Positions 20,201 through 29,120 of a DNA stretch of 64,000 nt are shown one piece after another. The stretch spans positions 18,902 through 82,901 of the IMG/VR virus record IMGVR_UViG_3300009130_000016. One strand, written 5' to 3'. Position numbers and translations under genes: made by a program. The notes under the pieces are model-generated. The model made no database searches and was not told the origin of the DNA. It was given only the letters and a program-made list of their open reading frames with translations. Each line of letters starts with the position of its first letter. Within the stretch, counting starts at the first letter, position 1. Source of the DNA: a virus.

Positions 20201-20768
20201 CGGGGGAGATCTCGGAGGAGGAGGAGGCCTTGGCGGTGGTCTAGGCGGAGACTTAGGTGGTCTCGGTGGTGATCTTGAAGGAGACCTTGATGATGAAGAA
20301 CTTGGTGGTGAAGAATTAGGTGATGAAGAAGGGTTGGAAGGAACTGAAGAAGCACCAGAAGAAGAGTCAGAGGCATTATCGGAGTCTAAGAAGGCTAAAT
20401 ATATCAAAAGAGAGCTTAAAGAGTCTGACAAAAGGTATGGTGAGTATTTTAATGAACTATTTCAAGAAGAGAAAAAGCCTGCAAACAGTCTTTTAAATAA
20501 CTATGAAAAATCTAACACAAAATCATTGAAACTTAAATCTTCGATGAAAAGTGTTGAGAAGATTATTAAGGAAAGAGGCGAAGAGAGAAGAAGGGAGTCT
20601 GAGTTATTGATTAATGAAATAGCTGAGAACGAAATGGAAACTCTTCAAGAATCTGTTGAGTTTAAATCAAATAAGTTGCATGAATCAAATGATGAATTAA
20701 ACAAAAGAGCAAGGGAGGCAATAGAAAGAGTTAATGAAAGGATGAAAAAACCTGGAAATGAGCAATAA
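17223..20768 (+). CDS. Portal protein (T4 gp20-like) containing an HNH-type intein
   Basis: YGRSML..ARK.WKQL.L.EDAMLVYRLARAPERRVFYIDVGN, EEDFFIP, TLPGA|intein|SNMGDI.DIEYL..KLF.ALKVP. Confidence 0.95.
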   Translation: MAENNKGTIFQRALHAFRKDPRSGINQAPMGHTPMASTQNMDGYPTRVNPSSPVNSLEHQQQQYLDWQMDAIAQDIYTRTVYYDTDRVGAYQDYNAMDHSPEIAAALDIIRDECLVRNERGNILEIYSENDRVKEVLKDLFNNKLNVEYNMRLWIRELVKKGDFFLHLHIDGEGRKGVYDVMALPAEEIHREDGVDGMIDNTRFRWDSKNMYFEEWQIAHFRLIEDTKRLPYGRSMLDPARKLWKQLQLSEDAMLVYRLARAPERRVFYIDVGNIDDADVKQYIDQVKLSVKGQPVVNSKTGDISRKFNPAHVEEDFFIPIRGDKSSKIETLPGACLALDTEICLLDGRNLELNEIIEEFKVNKNLWSYSINPETGEIVPGKITWAGVTRKDTEVVKITLDNGETITTTPDHKFPTRFNGIKEAKDLQPNESLWSFNKKLAPVSKDTRKKRNDYEMVFDHSSNDWVYTHRLVANYFKSLGEHNELVFNESSSDKSKQTIHHQDYDRFNNNPSNLHFMNNKDHRDLHADNIYEWSKLGVEAWMKKFDNDEEFKQEVLLRLEKSRTEYYANRDGETTQKHNESISKGIKEYFNNISKEEAERRKGINIKNISGANARLKELMQDECFKQEMYEKSSKNLKIVKNTPEYKEIQSGISKNLWKDESYRNAIAEKQTIKYADSMLQFVVNLYKKGFSAKDIVIAINEEGSTFMEAFNSLNEGNKQLKKMENGFTHNNLVKLMSHFGYDNWRDFKNKAELFNHRIVSIEFLEEKVDTGTITIDGGEKYHDHHNFALASGVFTQNSNMGDIADIEYLENKLFAALKVPKPYLNYAESMPGGSMLSQADLRFARTINSIQESVLMELRRIANIHLMFTGFEDDIDNFTLTLTNPSSQQELLNLETWRTRLEIFKEMFNTEPGSPTSYTWAMENILGFSQAEIKLMFKQKKVEKKLFTEIEAAAETYKKIGLFKDLDKRYEDPEKAAAAEGGGAEGGGEDEFGGDLGGGGGLGGGLGGDLGGLGGDLEGDLDDEELGGEELGDEEGLEGTEEAPEEESEALSESKKAKYIKRELKESDKRYGEYFNELFQEEKKPANSLLNNYEKSNTKSLKLKSSMKSVEKIIKERGEERRRESELLINEIAENEMETLQESVEFKSNKLHESNDELNKRAREAIERVNERMKKPGNEQ
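18228..19616 (+). mobile_element. Intein (463 aa) with embedded HNH homing endonuclease, in the portal
   Basis: Starts CLALDTEI, block B TTPDHKF, HNH-like YTHRLVA...IHHQDYDRFNNNPSNL, ends HNFALASGVFTQN; the +1 residue is Ser. Confidence 0.92.
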
Positions 20769-21150
20769 AACAAAAAAGGCCTTAAGAAAGATAGAGATAC
20801 AAAAAAAGAGAAATCTTGCTGAAATAAGGTCTGCAATTCTCCAACTCCACAAAATGAGAGATGAAATCGGAAATGGTGAAGAATGGGATATACAAATCGT
20901 AGAGGTGGATGATGAAGAGGAATCTGGAGAGGAATTTGTCGATTACGATAATCATGACATTCGACAAGATTGGAATGATATAAAAGAAATGATGGAAGAA
21001 ATCGAGCCTGACATAGAAAAGGTTCTTACCAAGAAAGGGGTGAGGGCCAGTGTTAGAGCAAGGAATGGTTTGAGTAGCATCAGGCATTTGTGCATAAGGC
21101 TAAGAGAAGGGATTTTATTCCAAAGGCAAGACAATCGAAGTGGATATTAG
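20758..21150 (+). CDS. Protein with C-terminal Hc1/histone-H1-like nucleoid domain
   Basis: EKVLTKKGVRASVRARNGLSSIRHLC..LR resembles the Hc1-like KGNKAA..RAR..L pattern. Confidence 0.55.
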   Translation: MSNKTKKALRKIEIQKKRNLAEIRSAILQLHKMRDEIGNGEEWDIQIVEVDDEEESGEEFVDYDNHDIRQDWNDIKEMMEEIEPDIEKVLTKKGVRASVRARNGLSSIRHLCIRLREGILFQRQDNRSGY

Positions 21151-21157
21151 AAATATT

Positions 21158-21185
21158 TGAAACTTTTTTATAAGCTCATCCGTTA
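21158..21185 (+). promoter_or_regulatory. ECF-like promoter motif TGAAAC-N17-CGTTA
   Basis: Recurs with the same or near-identical spacing at 31608, 33379 and 46304 (+) and at 7238 and 7848 (-). Confidence 0.55.
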
Positions 21186-21212
21186 ATAGTGTAGGAACTA
21201 AATTATACTATT

Positions 21213-21476
21213 ATGATGAGCTTATTTTATTTTATTACACTATTTTCTTCATTTTGCGGTTTGTTTGCTTTTTTAACATCGTTTCTTGAGGTTTATCAGA
21301 ATGGTTTAACGAAAGTTGTTTTTGATCGATTAATTCTTGGGAGCAGTGCGTTTGTATTATCAGGTGCTTTGTTGCTTGTTGTTTTCCAAAAAGGAGTAGG
21401 TCTACACATATCAATACCAATGGTGGTTATCACTGCCTGTTTCATTTATTTTAAAGCTAAATTAACACATGAATAA
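21213..21476 (+). CDS. Small membrane protein (about 3 TM helices)
   Basis: 87 aa, almost entirely hydrophobic. Confidence 0.6.
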   Translation: MMSLFYFITLFSSFCGLFAFLTSFLEVYQNGLTKVVFDRLILGSSAFVLSGALLLVVFQKGVGLHISIPMVVITACFIYFKAKLTHE

Positions 21477-21795
21477 AAAGTACATTATTTACGACAATGA
21501 ACTGAGAATGGGTCATGTCGATTATCACAAAGAATTATTCTCTAAACTAAGAGGTGACGAGTCTAAAGTTAAAGGTGGAGGATGGTGGCACATGAATAGG
21601 GAGAAAGGTGTTATCTATTTGTATTCAAGTAGCGAAGATTTTGGTAAGGCTCAATTAGAAGATGTCAAGAGAGCTATTGAGACAGGGTATTTAAAAGGGT
21701 TTGATAAGCTTTTTAAGTATGCTTATAGCACAAGTGATAGCTTGGGTGAAGCGATGGAAAATCACATTCTTTTAGAAAGAATTGAAGAATCGTAA
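21469..21795 (+). CDS. Hypothetical protein
   Basis: 108 aa with a GGGWW...LYSSSEDFG motif; overlaps the upstream stop. Confidence 0.65.
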   Translation: MNKKYIIYDNELRMGHVDYHKELFSKLRGDESKVKGGGWWHMNREKGVIYLYSSSEDFGKAQLEDVKRAIETGYLKGFDKLFKYAYSTSDSLGEAMENHILLERIEES

Positions 21796-21816
21796 TAGGT
21801 AATAATAAAAAATGTG

Positions 21817-21824
21817 TATATTTG
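21817..21824 (+). promoter_or_regulatory. Bacteroidota-type -7 element (TATATTTG) upstream of dnaE
   Basis: TAnnTTTG match about 25 nt before the ATG. Confidence 0.6.
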
Positions 21825-21848
21825 TCGATACACGACAAAATAGGTTAG

Positions 21849-24800
21849 ATGTATATTATATTTGATACGGAGACTACAGGTCTTCCAAAAAATTATAACG
21901 CACCATACACTGATGTTCGTAACTGGCCTAGAATGGTTCAGTTAGCATGGCAAGTGTATGATAGGGATGGGAAGTTGTTAGATGAGAAGGATCTTATAAT
22001 CAAACCTGATGGATTTATTATTCCGCCAGAATCTACAAAGATTCACAGGATCGGAAACGAAAGAGCAAATAGAGAAGGTATTCCTTTAGAAGATGCTTTG
22101 GAGCAGTTTGATAAAGCTATTGCTGAAAACAAGGTTCTTGTTGCACACAACATTAAATTCGATGAGAAGATAATCGCTTGTGAGCAATACAGAGGTAGTA
22201 GAAAGATAACTATCTACGACTGTCAGCATATTGATACCATGAAAGGTACGATTAACTTTTGTGCCGTTCCTGCAAAGAGAGGTAAAGGTTTTAAGTTCCC
22301 CTCCCTTGCCGAGTTACATTATAAATTGTTTAAGCAATATTTCGAAGATGCCCATGATGCATTAATTGATGTTCAGGCGTTAGCGAAGTGCTTTTTCGAA
22401 TTACAAAAGGTCGGTGTAGTAGGTAAAGCTCCAGAAGAATCTCAGCAAAGTGCTGCAGAGATGCTTAGTGGACTTTCAGTTTCTTATTCTGCAAACACAA
22501 GTAATGGTGATGAAGAAAAGCCGTTTGTGAATTTATCAATTCACACGTATCACTCCATACTTGAAGGTGCTGGTTCTGTAAAGGAGTATTTGGAGTTAGC
22601 AAAAGCTAATAACCAACCTGCGTTAGCAATAACGGATATCTCAACAATGTCTGGGACATTTGAATTGTTTCAGAAAGCAGATGGGATTAAGCCTGTTTAC
22701 GGCATCGAATTCTATGTTAATGACAAACTGCTAAAGTTCGATGAATTAAGAGCTCAAGGGGGTTGTTATAAGCTTAGAATGTATGCTAAGAATGAAACTG
22801 GGTATCACAATCTTTCTAGGTTATTGTATTTAGCCAACACGGAAGGGTTTGGTGACTTTGGGCGTATTTGTCCAGAGTGGATTCAAGAAAATTCAGAAGG
22901 AATCATTGTAACAACAACTTCAATAGAAGGTAAGGTTGCCGAGTTGTTACAAATGGGTAAGATTACAAAAGCAGAAGAGCATATTCAATGGCTATTGACT
23001 ACTTTCGGAAAGGAAAATGTGTATGCTGAATTTCAGTTGACGAAAGACGCAGATCAAAGAACATATAATACGTTTATGGTAAAGGCTGCTACCACTTATG
23101 GTATCAAAAGTATTTTATCAAACAACACATATTTTCCAAGACCAGAAGACTGGGAGTTGCAACATGTTGTTTCAGCAATGAAGCAAAAGGCTCCTATTGA
23201 AACTGCAAGGTTGAAAGAGAATTCTGAGATGTTTTTCTTTAACAGAGGTGATTTCTACAGAGCAAACAAAGAGAATGGCTACAACTACCCAGAGTGGTTT
23301 ATTGACAAGTGTCTTGATAGAACATTGGAGATTGCAGAACGTTGTAACTTTGAGTTTGAGACAGGTGTTGAGAAATACCCAGAGTATGAGCCTACACAAG
23401 AAGTTCTTGATTGGTGTAAGAGTGATGATGTTGAACACATTGTTGCTAAGATTGCACATGCAAAGCTTAAGGTGAAACTTAAAAAGAATGCAGACCTTGG
23501 TTATATTGAATTAGATGATGAAAAATATCAAGCTTATGTTGATAGATTAAATTATGAAATCGGTGTAATTCGAGATAAGAAAATGCTTGATTACTTTTTG
23601 GTGTGTTGGGAACTTGTTCGTGATTATGAGAAGACAGAGTATGAAGGCAAACCTTTATCTGTAGGGCCAGGTCGTGGAAGTGCTGGAGGAAGTTTATTGT
23701 CTTGGTGCCTTGACTTAATTAAGGTTGACCCTGTAAGATTTGATCTTTGTTTTGAGAGATTCTTGAATCCAACAAGGAATTCCCCTCCCGATCTCGACAT
23801 TGACTTTGAGACAGGTACTGACCACATCTCAAATGAGTTTCTTTACAATAAGTATGGGAGAGATAGGGTTGTTAGTGTTGGTACGTTCTACACATTTAAC
23901 GAAAAAGGTTGTCTTAAAGATGTTGCTAGATCAATCATTGGTAGAGAGGCCACTTCAAGTGGATCTCCTGTGTGGAAAGTTACCGATGAAATGCCAATTA
24001 ACAAAGCTGGTAAGTGGACAAATAAAGAGATGCCATTCGAAAAGTGGCTTATTGAATATCCAAAAGATCCAGAATGTTCTCAAATAACTCGTGAGTTCTT
24101 ACAAGACCCTGCTAACGCAAGAGTTTTAAAGTACACAGTTAGATTACAAGGTGAGATTAGGGGTATTGGACAACACGCAGCAGGTGTGGCTATTACTCCA
24201 GATAAGTGTTGGAAATATTTCCCAACAAACGTTATCCCAAAGAAAGGTGAAGCTCCTGCGTTGGTAACAGCATTCCAAGAGGCCGATGGTTCTGGTAAGG
24301 ATTTGTCTGCTCTTGGTATTCTTAAATTGGATAGGTTGAAATTGGAGACAATTAATGTTGTTGAAGATTGTGTACACTTGATTAAGGAGACACAAGGTAT
24401 TGACATTAGAGATACTTTGTATCATTTAGATCTTAGTGATCCTAATTTGTACGAAGAAGTTAGGTTGGGTCTTAATCATGGTGTATTCCAGTTTGAATCT
24501 GCAGGGATGGGGTCTTTGATTAAGTCTATGAAAGTAGATAACTTCATGGAGTTGGTTGCATGTAACGCATTGTATCGTCCAGGTCCGATGGGTATTGGAG
24601 CCCATGATGAATTTGTTCGTAATAAGTTCAACCCAGAGGGTATTCAGTACATTCACCCATCTTTGGAGCCAATATTGTCTAAAACAAATGGTGTATTGGT
24701 TTTCCAAGAGCAGTTAATGTTTATTGCCGAGTCAATTGGTGGTATGACATTGGGGGATGGTGATTACTTGCGTAGGTTTATGGGTAACTCTGGAGATCTT

Positions 24801-25958
24801 ATTCAAAAAGAATTAGATGGTATTCCTTTAACAAAAGAAGAGGTTGAAAGTTATAATTTTCAAAGTTTTAAGAAGTACTGGGGAATGTTTATTGATGGTG
24901 CAAAGAGGCAAGGTTTCTCTGAAGTAGATGTTGAGCGTTTGAAAAAGTACTTGATGAAATATTTAGGTTACTCATTTAACTTATCTCACTCACTTTGTTA
25001 TTCATACGTTGCTTGTCAAACATTATATTTGAAGCATTATTATCCAACAGAGTATTATACTTGTTTGTTGAATCACCCTAAAACTTCTGGTAAGCCAGAG
25101 GAAATTCAAGCATGGATTTCAGCAGCTATATCTAGTGCAATATCAAAAGGTATTAAGGTTAATTCTCCAACTAGAGAATCAAACTGGGATTGGAAAGCTA
25201 CAGGTAAAGGTGAAATCACAATGGGTTACTCTGGTATCAAAGGATTCGGAGATGTTGCTTATGAAGAGTTGAAATCTAACTTAGCAGCAAAGGAAACAAC
25301 TTTTGACCAAGTGGATAAGTTTACATTCTTCGATACAGTGTATTCTAAGTTTAACAAGTCTGCATTTACATCTTTATTGAAAGCAGGGGTTTTTGATGAT
25401 TGGTCACATTCAAGAGAAGAATTAACTGATTTGTTCTTGAAGGCTACTAAGACTAAGAAGAAGAGAAAGGCAGATCCTAAGCAATTAGGGTTGTTTGGTG
25501 CAACATTTAAACCTCAGCTTAAGCCTAATGAAGATTTGTATAAGCCAACAACAGATTTGCACAAGTCAGTTGACTTTGTTGATGTTTGTAACTGTGACCT
25601 TCAATACATTGAGCAAGCAACTAAGGTTAAGAGTAGGATTTCAGAAAAAGCAGGTAGAGATATCGAAAGTATAAGTGATTATGTTAACGAGGATTTCTAT
25701 TACTTCATCATGGAGAAAAAAGAGATCAGAAAAAACATTAGAGGTAACGATTACTTAATATTAACGGTAAGTAACGGATTCTCTCAAAGTAAGCTTAGAA
25801 TATTCGGTGGAGATGTTAAGAAAGTTGATCCATTGATGGAAGAGAAAGGAGTTTATGTTGGAAGGTTTGTAAAGAATGATAAAGGGTTTATCAACTTTGC
25901 TAAGATGAGCATAAAAGGTAAAAAACAAATTTATTTAAAGAAAGTTGATCAAATTTAA
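21849..25958 (+). CDS. dnaE: DNA polymerase III alpha subunit with N-terminal DEDDh exonuclease
   Basis: MYIIFDTETTG/AHN..FD/AHDA..D exonuclease; PHP HTYHS; GPGRGSAGGSL; FERFLNP.R...PDLDID; GQHAAGV; GVFQFES; YSFN.SH. Confidence 0.95.
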   Translation: MYIIFDTETTGLPKNYNAPYTDVRNWPRMVQLAWQVYDRDGKLLDEKDLIIKPDGFIIPPESTKIHRIGNERANREGIPLEDALEQFDKAIAENKVLVAHNIKFDEKIIACEQYRGSRKITIYDCQHIDTMKGTINFCAVPAKRGKGFKFPSLAELHYKLFKQYFEDAHDALIDVQALAKCFFELQKVGVVGKAPEESQQSAAEMLSGLSVSYSANTSNGDEEKPFVNLSIHTYHSILEGAGSVKEYLELAKANNQPALAITDISTMSGTFELFQKADGIKPVYGIEFYVNDKLLKFDELRAQGGCYKLRMYAKNETGYHNLSRLLYLANTEGFGDFGRICPEWIQENSEGIIVTTTSIEGKVAELLQMGKITKAEEHIQWLLTTFGKENVYAEFQLTKDADQRTYNTFMVKAATTYGIKSILSNNTYFPRPEDWELQHVVSAMKQKAPIETARLKENSEMFFFNRGDFYRANKENGYNYPEWFIDKCLDRTLEIAERCNFEFETGVEKYPEYEPTQEVLDWCKSDDVEHIVAKIAHAKLKVKLKKNADLGYIELDDEKYQAYVDRLNYEIGVIRDKKMLDYFLVCWELVRDYEKTEYEGKPLSVGPGRGSAGGSLLSWCLDLIKVDPVRFDLCFERFLNPTRNSPPDLDIDFETGTDHISNEFLYNKYGRDRVVSVGTFYTFNEKGCLKDVARSIIGREATSSGSPVWKVTDEMPINKAGKWTNKEMPFEKWLIEYPKDPECSQITREFLQDPANARVLKYTVRLQGEIRGIGQHAAGVAITPDKCWKYFPTNVIPKKGEAPALVTAFQEADGSGKDLSALGILKLDRLKLETINVVEDCVHLIKETQGIDIRDTLYHLDLSDPNLYEEVRLGLNHGVFQFESAGMGSLIKSMKVDNFMELVACNALYRPGPMGIGAHDEFVRNKFNPEGIQYIHPSLEPILSKTNGVLVFQEQLMFIAESIGGMTLGDGDYLRRFMGNSGDLIQKELDGIPLTKEEVESYNFQSFKKYWGMFIDGAKRQGFSEVDVERLKKYLMKYLGYSFNLSHSLCYSYVACQTLYLKHYYPTEYYTCLLNHPKTSGKPEEIQAWISAAISSAISKGIKVNSPTRESNWDWKATGKGEITMGYSGIKGFGDVAYEELKSNLAAKETTFDQVDKFTFFDTVYSKFNKSAFTSLLKAGVFDDWSHSREELTDLFLKATKTKKKRKADPKQLGLFGATFKPQLKPNEDLYKPTTDLHKSVDFVDVCNCDLQYIEQATKVKSRISEKAGRDIESISDYVNEDFYYFIMEKKEIRKNIRGNDYLILTVSNGFSQSKLRIFGGDVKKVDPLMEEKGVYVGRFVKNDKGFINFAKMSIKGKKQIYLKKVDQI

Positions 25959-25969
25959 TAACAATTAAT

Positions 25970-26419
25970 ATGAAAAAGATTTACACAGATGGAGCATGTA
26001 AAGGAAACCCTGGAAAGGGTGCATGGGCATTTCTTATCTTGGAAAATGGTGAAAAGATAGAAGATGGTTTTGGGCCTGATAAGATGACAACGAATAACCA
26101 AATGGAAATGAAGGCTGTCATCGAAGGTTTAAAGAAAACGGAAAAAGGTGAAATTTTGGAAGTGTATTCTGATAGTGCTTATGTTGTAAACTGCTTTAAG
26201 CAAAATTGGATTGCTGGATGGAAAAAGAAAGGTTGGAAAAATAGCCAAAGAAAGCCAGTAAAGAATAAAGAACTTTGGGAAGAAATGGATGCATTAGTAT
26301 CTGCAAGAACTGTTGATTTCTTTAAGGTTGTTGCCCACTTACCAAAAGGGCATAAAGACTATGATGAACATAATGATTACGTTGATGAATTGGCTAGTAA
26401 TACAGCTTACAACGCTTAA
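25970..26419 (+). CDS. rnhA: Ribonuclease HI
   Basis: IYTDGACKGNPG, TTNNQME, YSDSAYV, W..KGW.....PVKN.ELW, N..VDELA. Confidence 0.93.
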   Translation: MKKIYTDGACKGNPGKGAWAFLILENGEKIEDGFGPDKMTTNNQMEMKAVIEGLKKTEKGEILEVYSDSAYVVNCFKQNWIAGWKKKGWKNSQRKPVKNKELWEEMDALVSARTVDFFKVVAHLPKGHKDYDEHNDYVDELASNTAYNA

Positions 26420-26536
26420 ATTTTTGTAACTGTTTTAAAGGTATTGGTGATGTTGGTTTTATTTTTGTTATCTAAAAGTTTATCAACATCACCACATTTC
26501 TTAGAAAGCTTACTTCTAACCTCTTTGAGTTTGCTT

Positions 26537-27001
26537 TTATTTTCCATCGATCTTACTAGTTATGTTATCAATTTTAACCTCAATTAACTCTTTGAGGTTT
26601 CTAACTTCTTGACCTAAGGACTCTGTGTTATTTTTTTGATTGTCAATAGTCTTGTCGCTCAGTGTTTTTTGAGTTTCAATAAGCTTGTCAATTGTTTGGT
26701 TAAGATCAGATAATACTTGAAGGTTTTCTTTATCGTTTTCACGAATATATTCATTTAACTCTTCTAGTTTTTCATCTTTTTGTTTAATTGCTTTTTCTAA
26801 AAACACATCTTTTTCTTTAATTGTTTTCTCAATTAAAATGTCTTTAGCTTTAATTATCTTATCTTTCAGTTTCAGTTGTTTCACTAACCAAACTATAGAC
26901 ATACCCATTAGTACAGCTGTTATCCCAAGCTTTGCTAATTCTCCCCAAACATCAACTGATGAAGGTGTGGATGTGACTTCTAATAAAAGGATTGATAACA
27001 T
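26537..27001 (-). CDS. Single-TM coiled-coil protein (holin/spanin-like)
   Basis: One N-terminal TM (LGITAVLMGMSIVWLV) followed by a long coiled coil. Confidence 0.55.
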   Translation of the reverse strand: MLSILLLEVTSTPSSVDVWGELAKLGITAVLMGMSIVWLVKQLKLKDKIIKAKDILIEKTIKEKDVFLEKAIKQKDEKLEELNEYIRENDKENLQVLSDLNQTIDKLIETQKTLSDKTIDNQKNNTESLGQEVRNLKELIEVKIDNITSKIDGK

Positions 27002-27114
27002 TTTTTAAGTGTTTAATTATATTTATTCGCAAATATTGTAAAACTTGCTAAGAAACAGAAAAAATAGATATTTATAATTAAAATAGGTGGAACTACCTAC
27101 AAACAAAAAAATAT

Positions 27115-28674
27115 ATGGGTTTACTTAATGAGAATCAAGTTAAAATGCAATTAATGGCAGGTGTCATTAGTGAAAACCGTTTTGACGAATTAATGAAGCA
27201 AATTAAATCAGAAAAAGAAGCTTCTGATCAATACGAAGAAGATAAAGAAGAGCTTTATGGTCTTAATGAAAATGAAATAGATCCAATAGCAAGAGCTAAG
27301 ACGGATGCAGCAGAATCTTACAATTGGTTAGAAGATGCTATTGAGTATGTTGGTGGAAAAAAAGAATGGGAGGCATTAAGTGTTTCAGACAAAGAAGAGG
27401 TAAAATCATTTATGAAAAATGGTCAACGTTCTGATTTGAACGAATCGGTTAATCCAGAGGTCATGAAAAACCTTGTGACTCATTTAAGTACAGAGAAAAA
27501 TGCTGCTGATGAGTATGAAAGAGAAAAGGAAGAGATATACGGTCTTCATGAAGGGGTTGACATAAGTGCTATGAACAAGCTTATGAGTCAGATTAAAAAC
27601 GAGAAAGAAGCTTTTGATGAGTACGAGAAAGAGAGAGATGATATGTACCTGCAAGAAGGTCATGTTTTCAAATCAACTATTTTGAGAGAAAGTGTAGAAG
27701 AACAAGTTGTAGAAGGTGATAAGTTTTCTGATTTTCTTAGAACAGAATATGGTGATACACCAGCTCCACAAGAAGTTGCCGAGGCAATTGTTAATTGGGC
27801 TAATAACTATATGACAAGTGATCAAGACGCAGATTTCGAAGGTGTTTCTGAATATATGAATGATGATATCTGGGCTCTTATGAAAGATGATGTTTCTGAA
27901 AACTATATGTCTGAGCTTAGAGCTTTTGTTAGTCAACAACAAAATGGTGTTGATGAGCAAATAGGAATTAAGCCAAAAGATGACATTGACACAGAAATGG
28001 GTGGAATCGAACCTTCTTTAAAAGAAGATGAGGTAAACGAGAGTCAAGGTGACCAAATTTTAAAAAAAAAATTAGACAACGTTTTTGCAGCAGCAATTCA
28101 AAGTCTTCCAGGAATGCTTAAAAAAGCTGACAAGGATAGAGACGGTAAATTAGAATTAACAGGAGAGCCACAATTAAATGAGCAATATCTTAATGAGGTG
28201 TTGGGCCTTGGGTTGGTGGCTGCTAACTTAGCATTATCGGCTCCTGGAATTGTAGGTCTTGCAGGTAAGTTGATTAAAGGAATGGGTAGTATACCAGGAA
28301 TGAATATCAATGCATTAAAAACTGCTGGTGATGCTGTTTCTAAATTCGGAAAGGATTGGCAAGCGAAACACATGAAGGCTATTGAGGTTATTCTTAGAAA
28401 GTTCATGCCAAACGCTGACGAGAAAACAATTGAAAGAGGATCAAAAGCTGTTTTTATTGTTATTATGGCTTCATTGGCTATATCAGGAGGTGTTGTAGCA
28501 GGGACAGGTTCTGAAGCTGAAGCGGTTAATTCTGCTGTTGGTGTTGGTAAAACTGCAGGAGGCATAAACAAGACTAAAGATTTAGGTCTTCAATTAGCTA
28601 AAGCAGATACTTCTGATTGGAAAAGTAAACTTTCAGGATTGTTACCTTTCGCAATAGGTAAAGTTTTCGGTTAA
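27115..28674 (+). CDS. Putative internal head/ejection protein
   Basis: Preceded by the late motif; acidic N-part with many LxE sites and 3 internal repeats; hydrophobic Gly/Ala helices at the C-terminus. Confidence 0.6.
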   Translation: MGLLNENQVKMQLMAGVISENRFDELMKQIKSEKEASDQYEEDKEELYGLNENEIDPIARAKTDAAESYNWLEDAIEYVGGKKEWEALSVSDKEEVKSFMKNGQRSDLNESVNPEVMKNLVTHLSTEKNAADEYEREKEEIYGLHEGVDISAMNKLMSQIKNEKEAFDEYEKERDDMYLQEGHVFKSTILRESVEEQVVEGDKFSDFLRTEYGDTPAPQEVAEAIVNWANNYMTSDQDADFEGVSEYMNDDIWALMKDDVSENYMSELRAFVSQQQNGVDEQIGIKPKDDIDTEMGGIEPSLKEDEVNESQGDQILKKKLDNVFAAAIQSLPGMLKKADKDRDGKLELTGEPQLNEQYLNEVLGLGLVAANLALSAPGIVGLAGKLIKGMGSIPGMNINALKTAGDAVSKFGKDWQAKHMKAIEVILRKFMPNADEKTIERGSKAVFIVIMASLAISGGVVAGTGSEAEAVNSAVGVGKTAGGINKTKDLGLQLAKADTSDWKSKLSGLLPFAIGKVFG

Positions 28675-29120
28675 TGGCAAAAAGAAGAGTAAGGAAATAT
28701 AAACCTAGAGCTCCAAGGAAAAGAAGAACACCTGAAGAGAAAGAAGCTTTTTTAAAAGCCAAAGCTCTTGAGATGTCCGAGAAAAAGACTTGGCCAGAAT
28801 TGGAGTTTGAAAAAATGTTGAATGAATTAGGAGTTGAGTTTAGGACTCAAGAGATAGTTGGAGGGAAGATATTTGATTTTTATATTCCCTCTGAAAATTT
28901 GCTTGTTGAAATAGATGGAGATTATTGGCATGGGAATCCTAGTGTTTACAAGAGGCCAAATAAGATGCAGAATACCAACAGGAAGAACGATAGAAGGAAA
29001 ACTCTTATCGCAGAAAATGAAGGGTACAAAATATCAAGAGTTTGGGAATCTGATTTAAAAGATAATTACGGAGTACAAAAAGGAAGGTTTAAGAGAATAT
29101 TAAAATGGAAGAAAGATTAG
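28674..29120 (+). CDS. Vsr/DUF559-family endonuclease
   Basis: TWPE..F, FDFYIP...LVEIDGDYWHGNP, D..K...A...GY...RVWE. Confidence 0.85.
   Translation: MAKRRVRKYKPRAPRKRRTPEEKEAFLKAKALEMSEKKTWPELEFEKMLNELGVEFRTQEIVGGKIFDFYIPSENLLVEIDGDYWHGNPSVYKRPNKMQNTNRKNDRRKTLIAENEGYKISRVWESDLKDNYGVQKGRFKRILKWKKD

Noticed and set aside
21849-25958. Intein in DnaE (1369 aa), or in the terminase or helicase
   Set aside because: The extra DnaE length is explained by the N-terminal exonuclease, and no Cys/Ser...His-Asn intein blocks interrupt the conserved motifs of these proteins.
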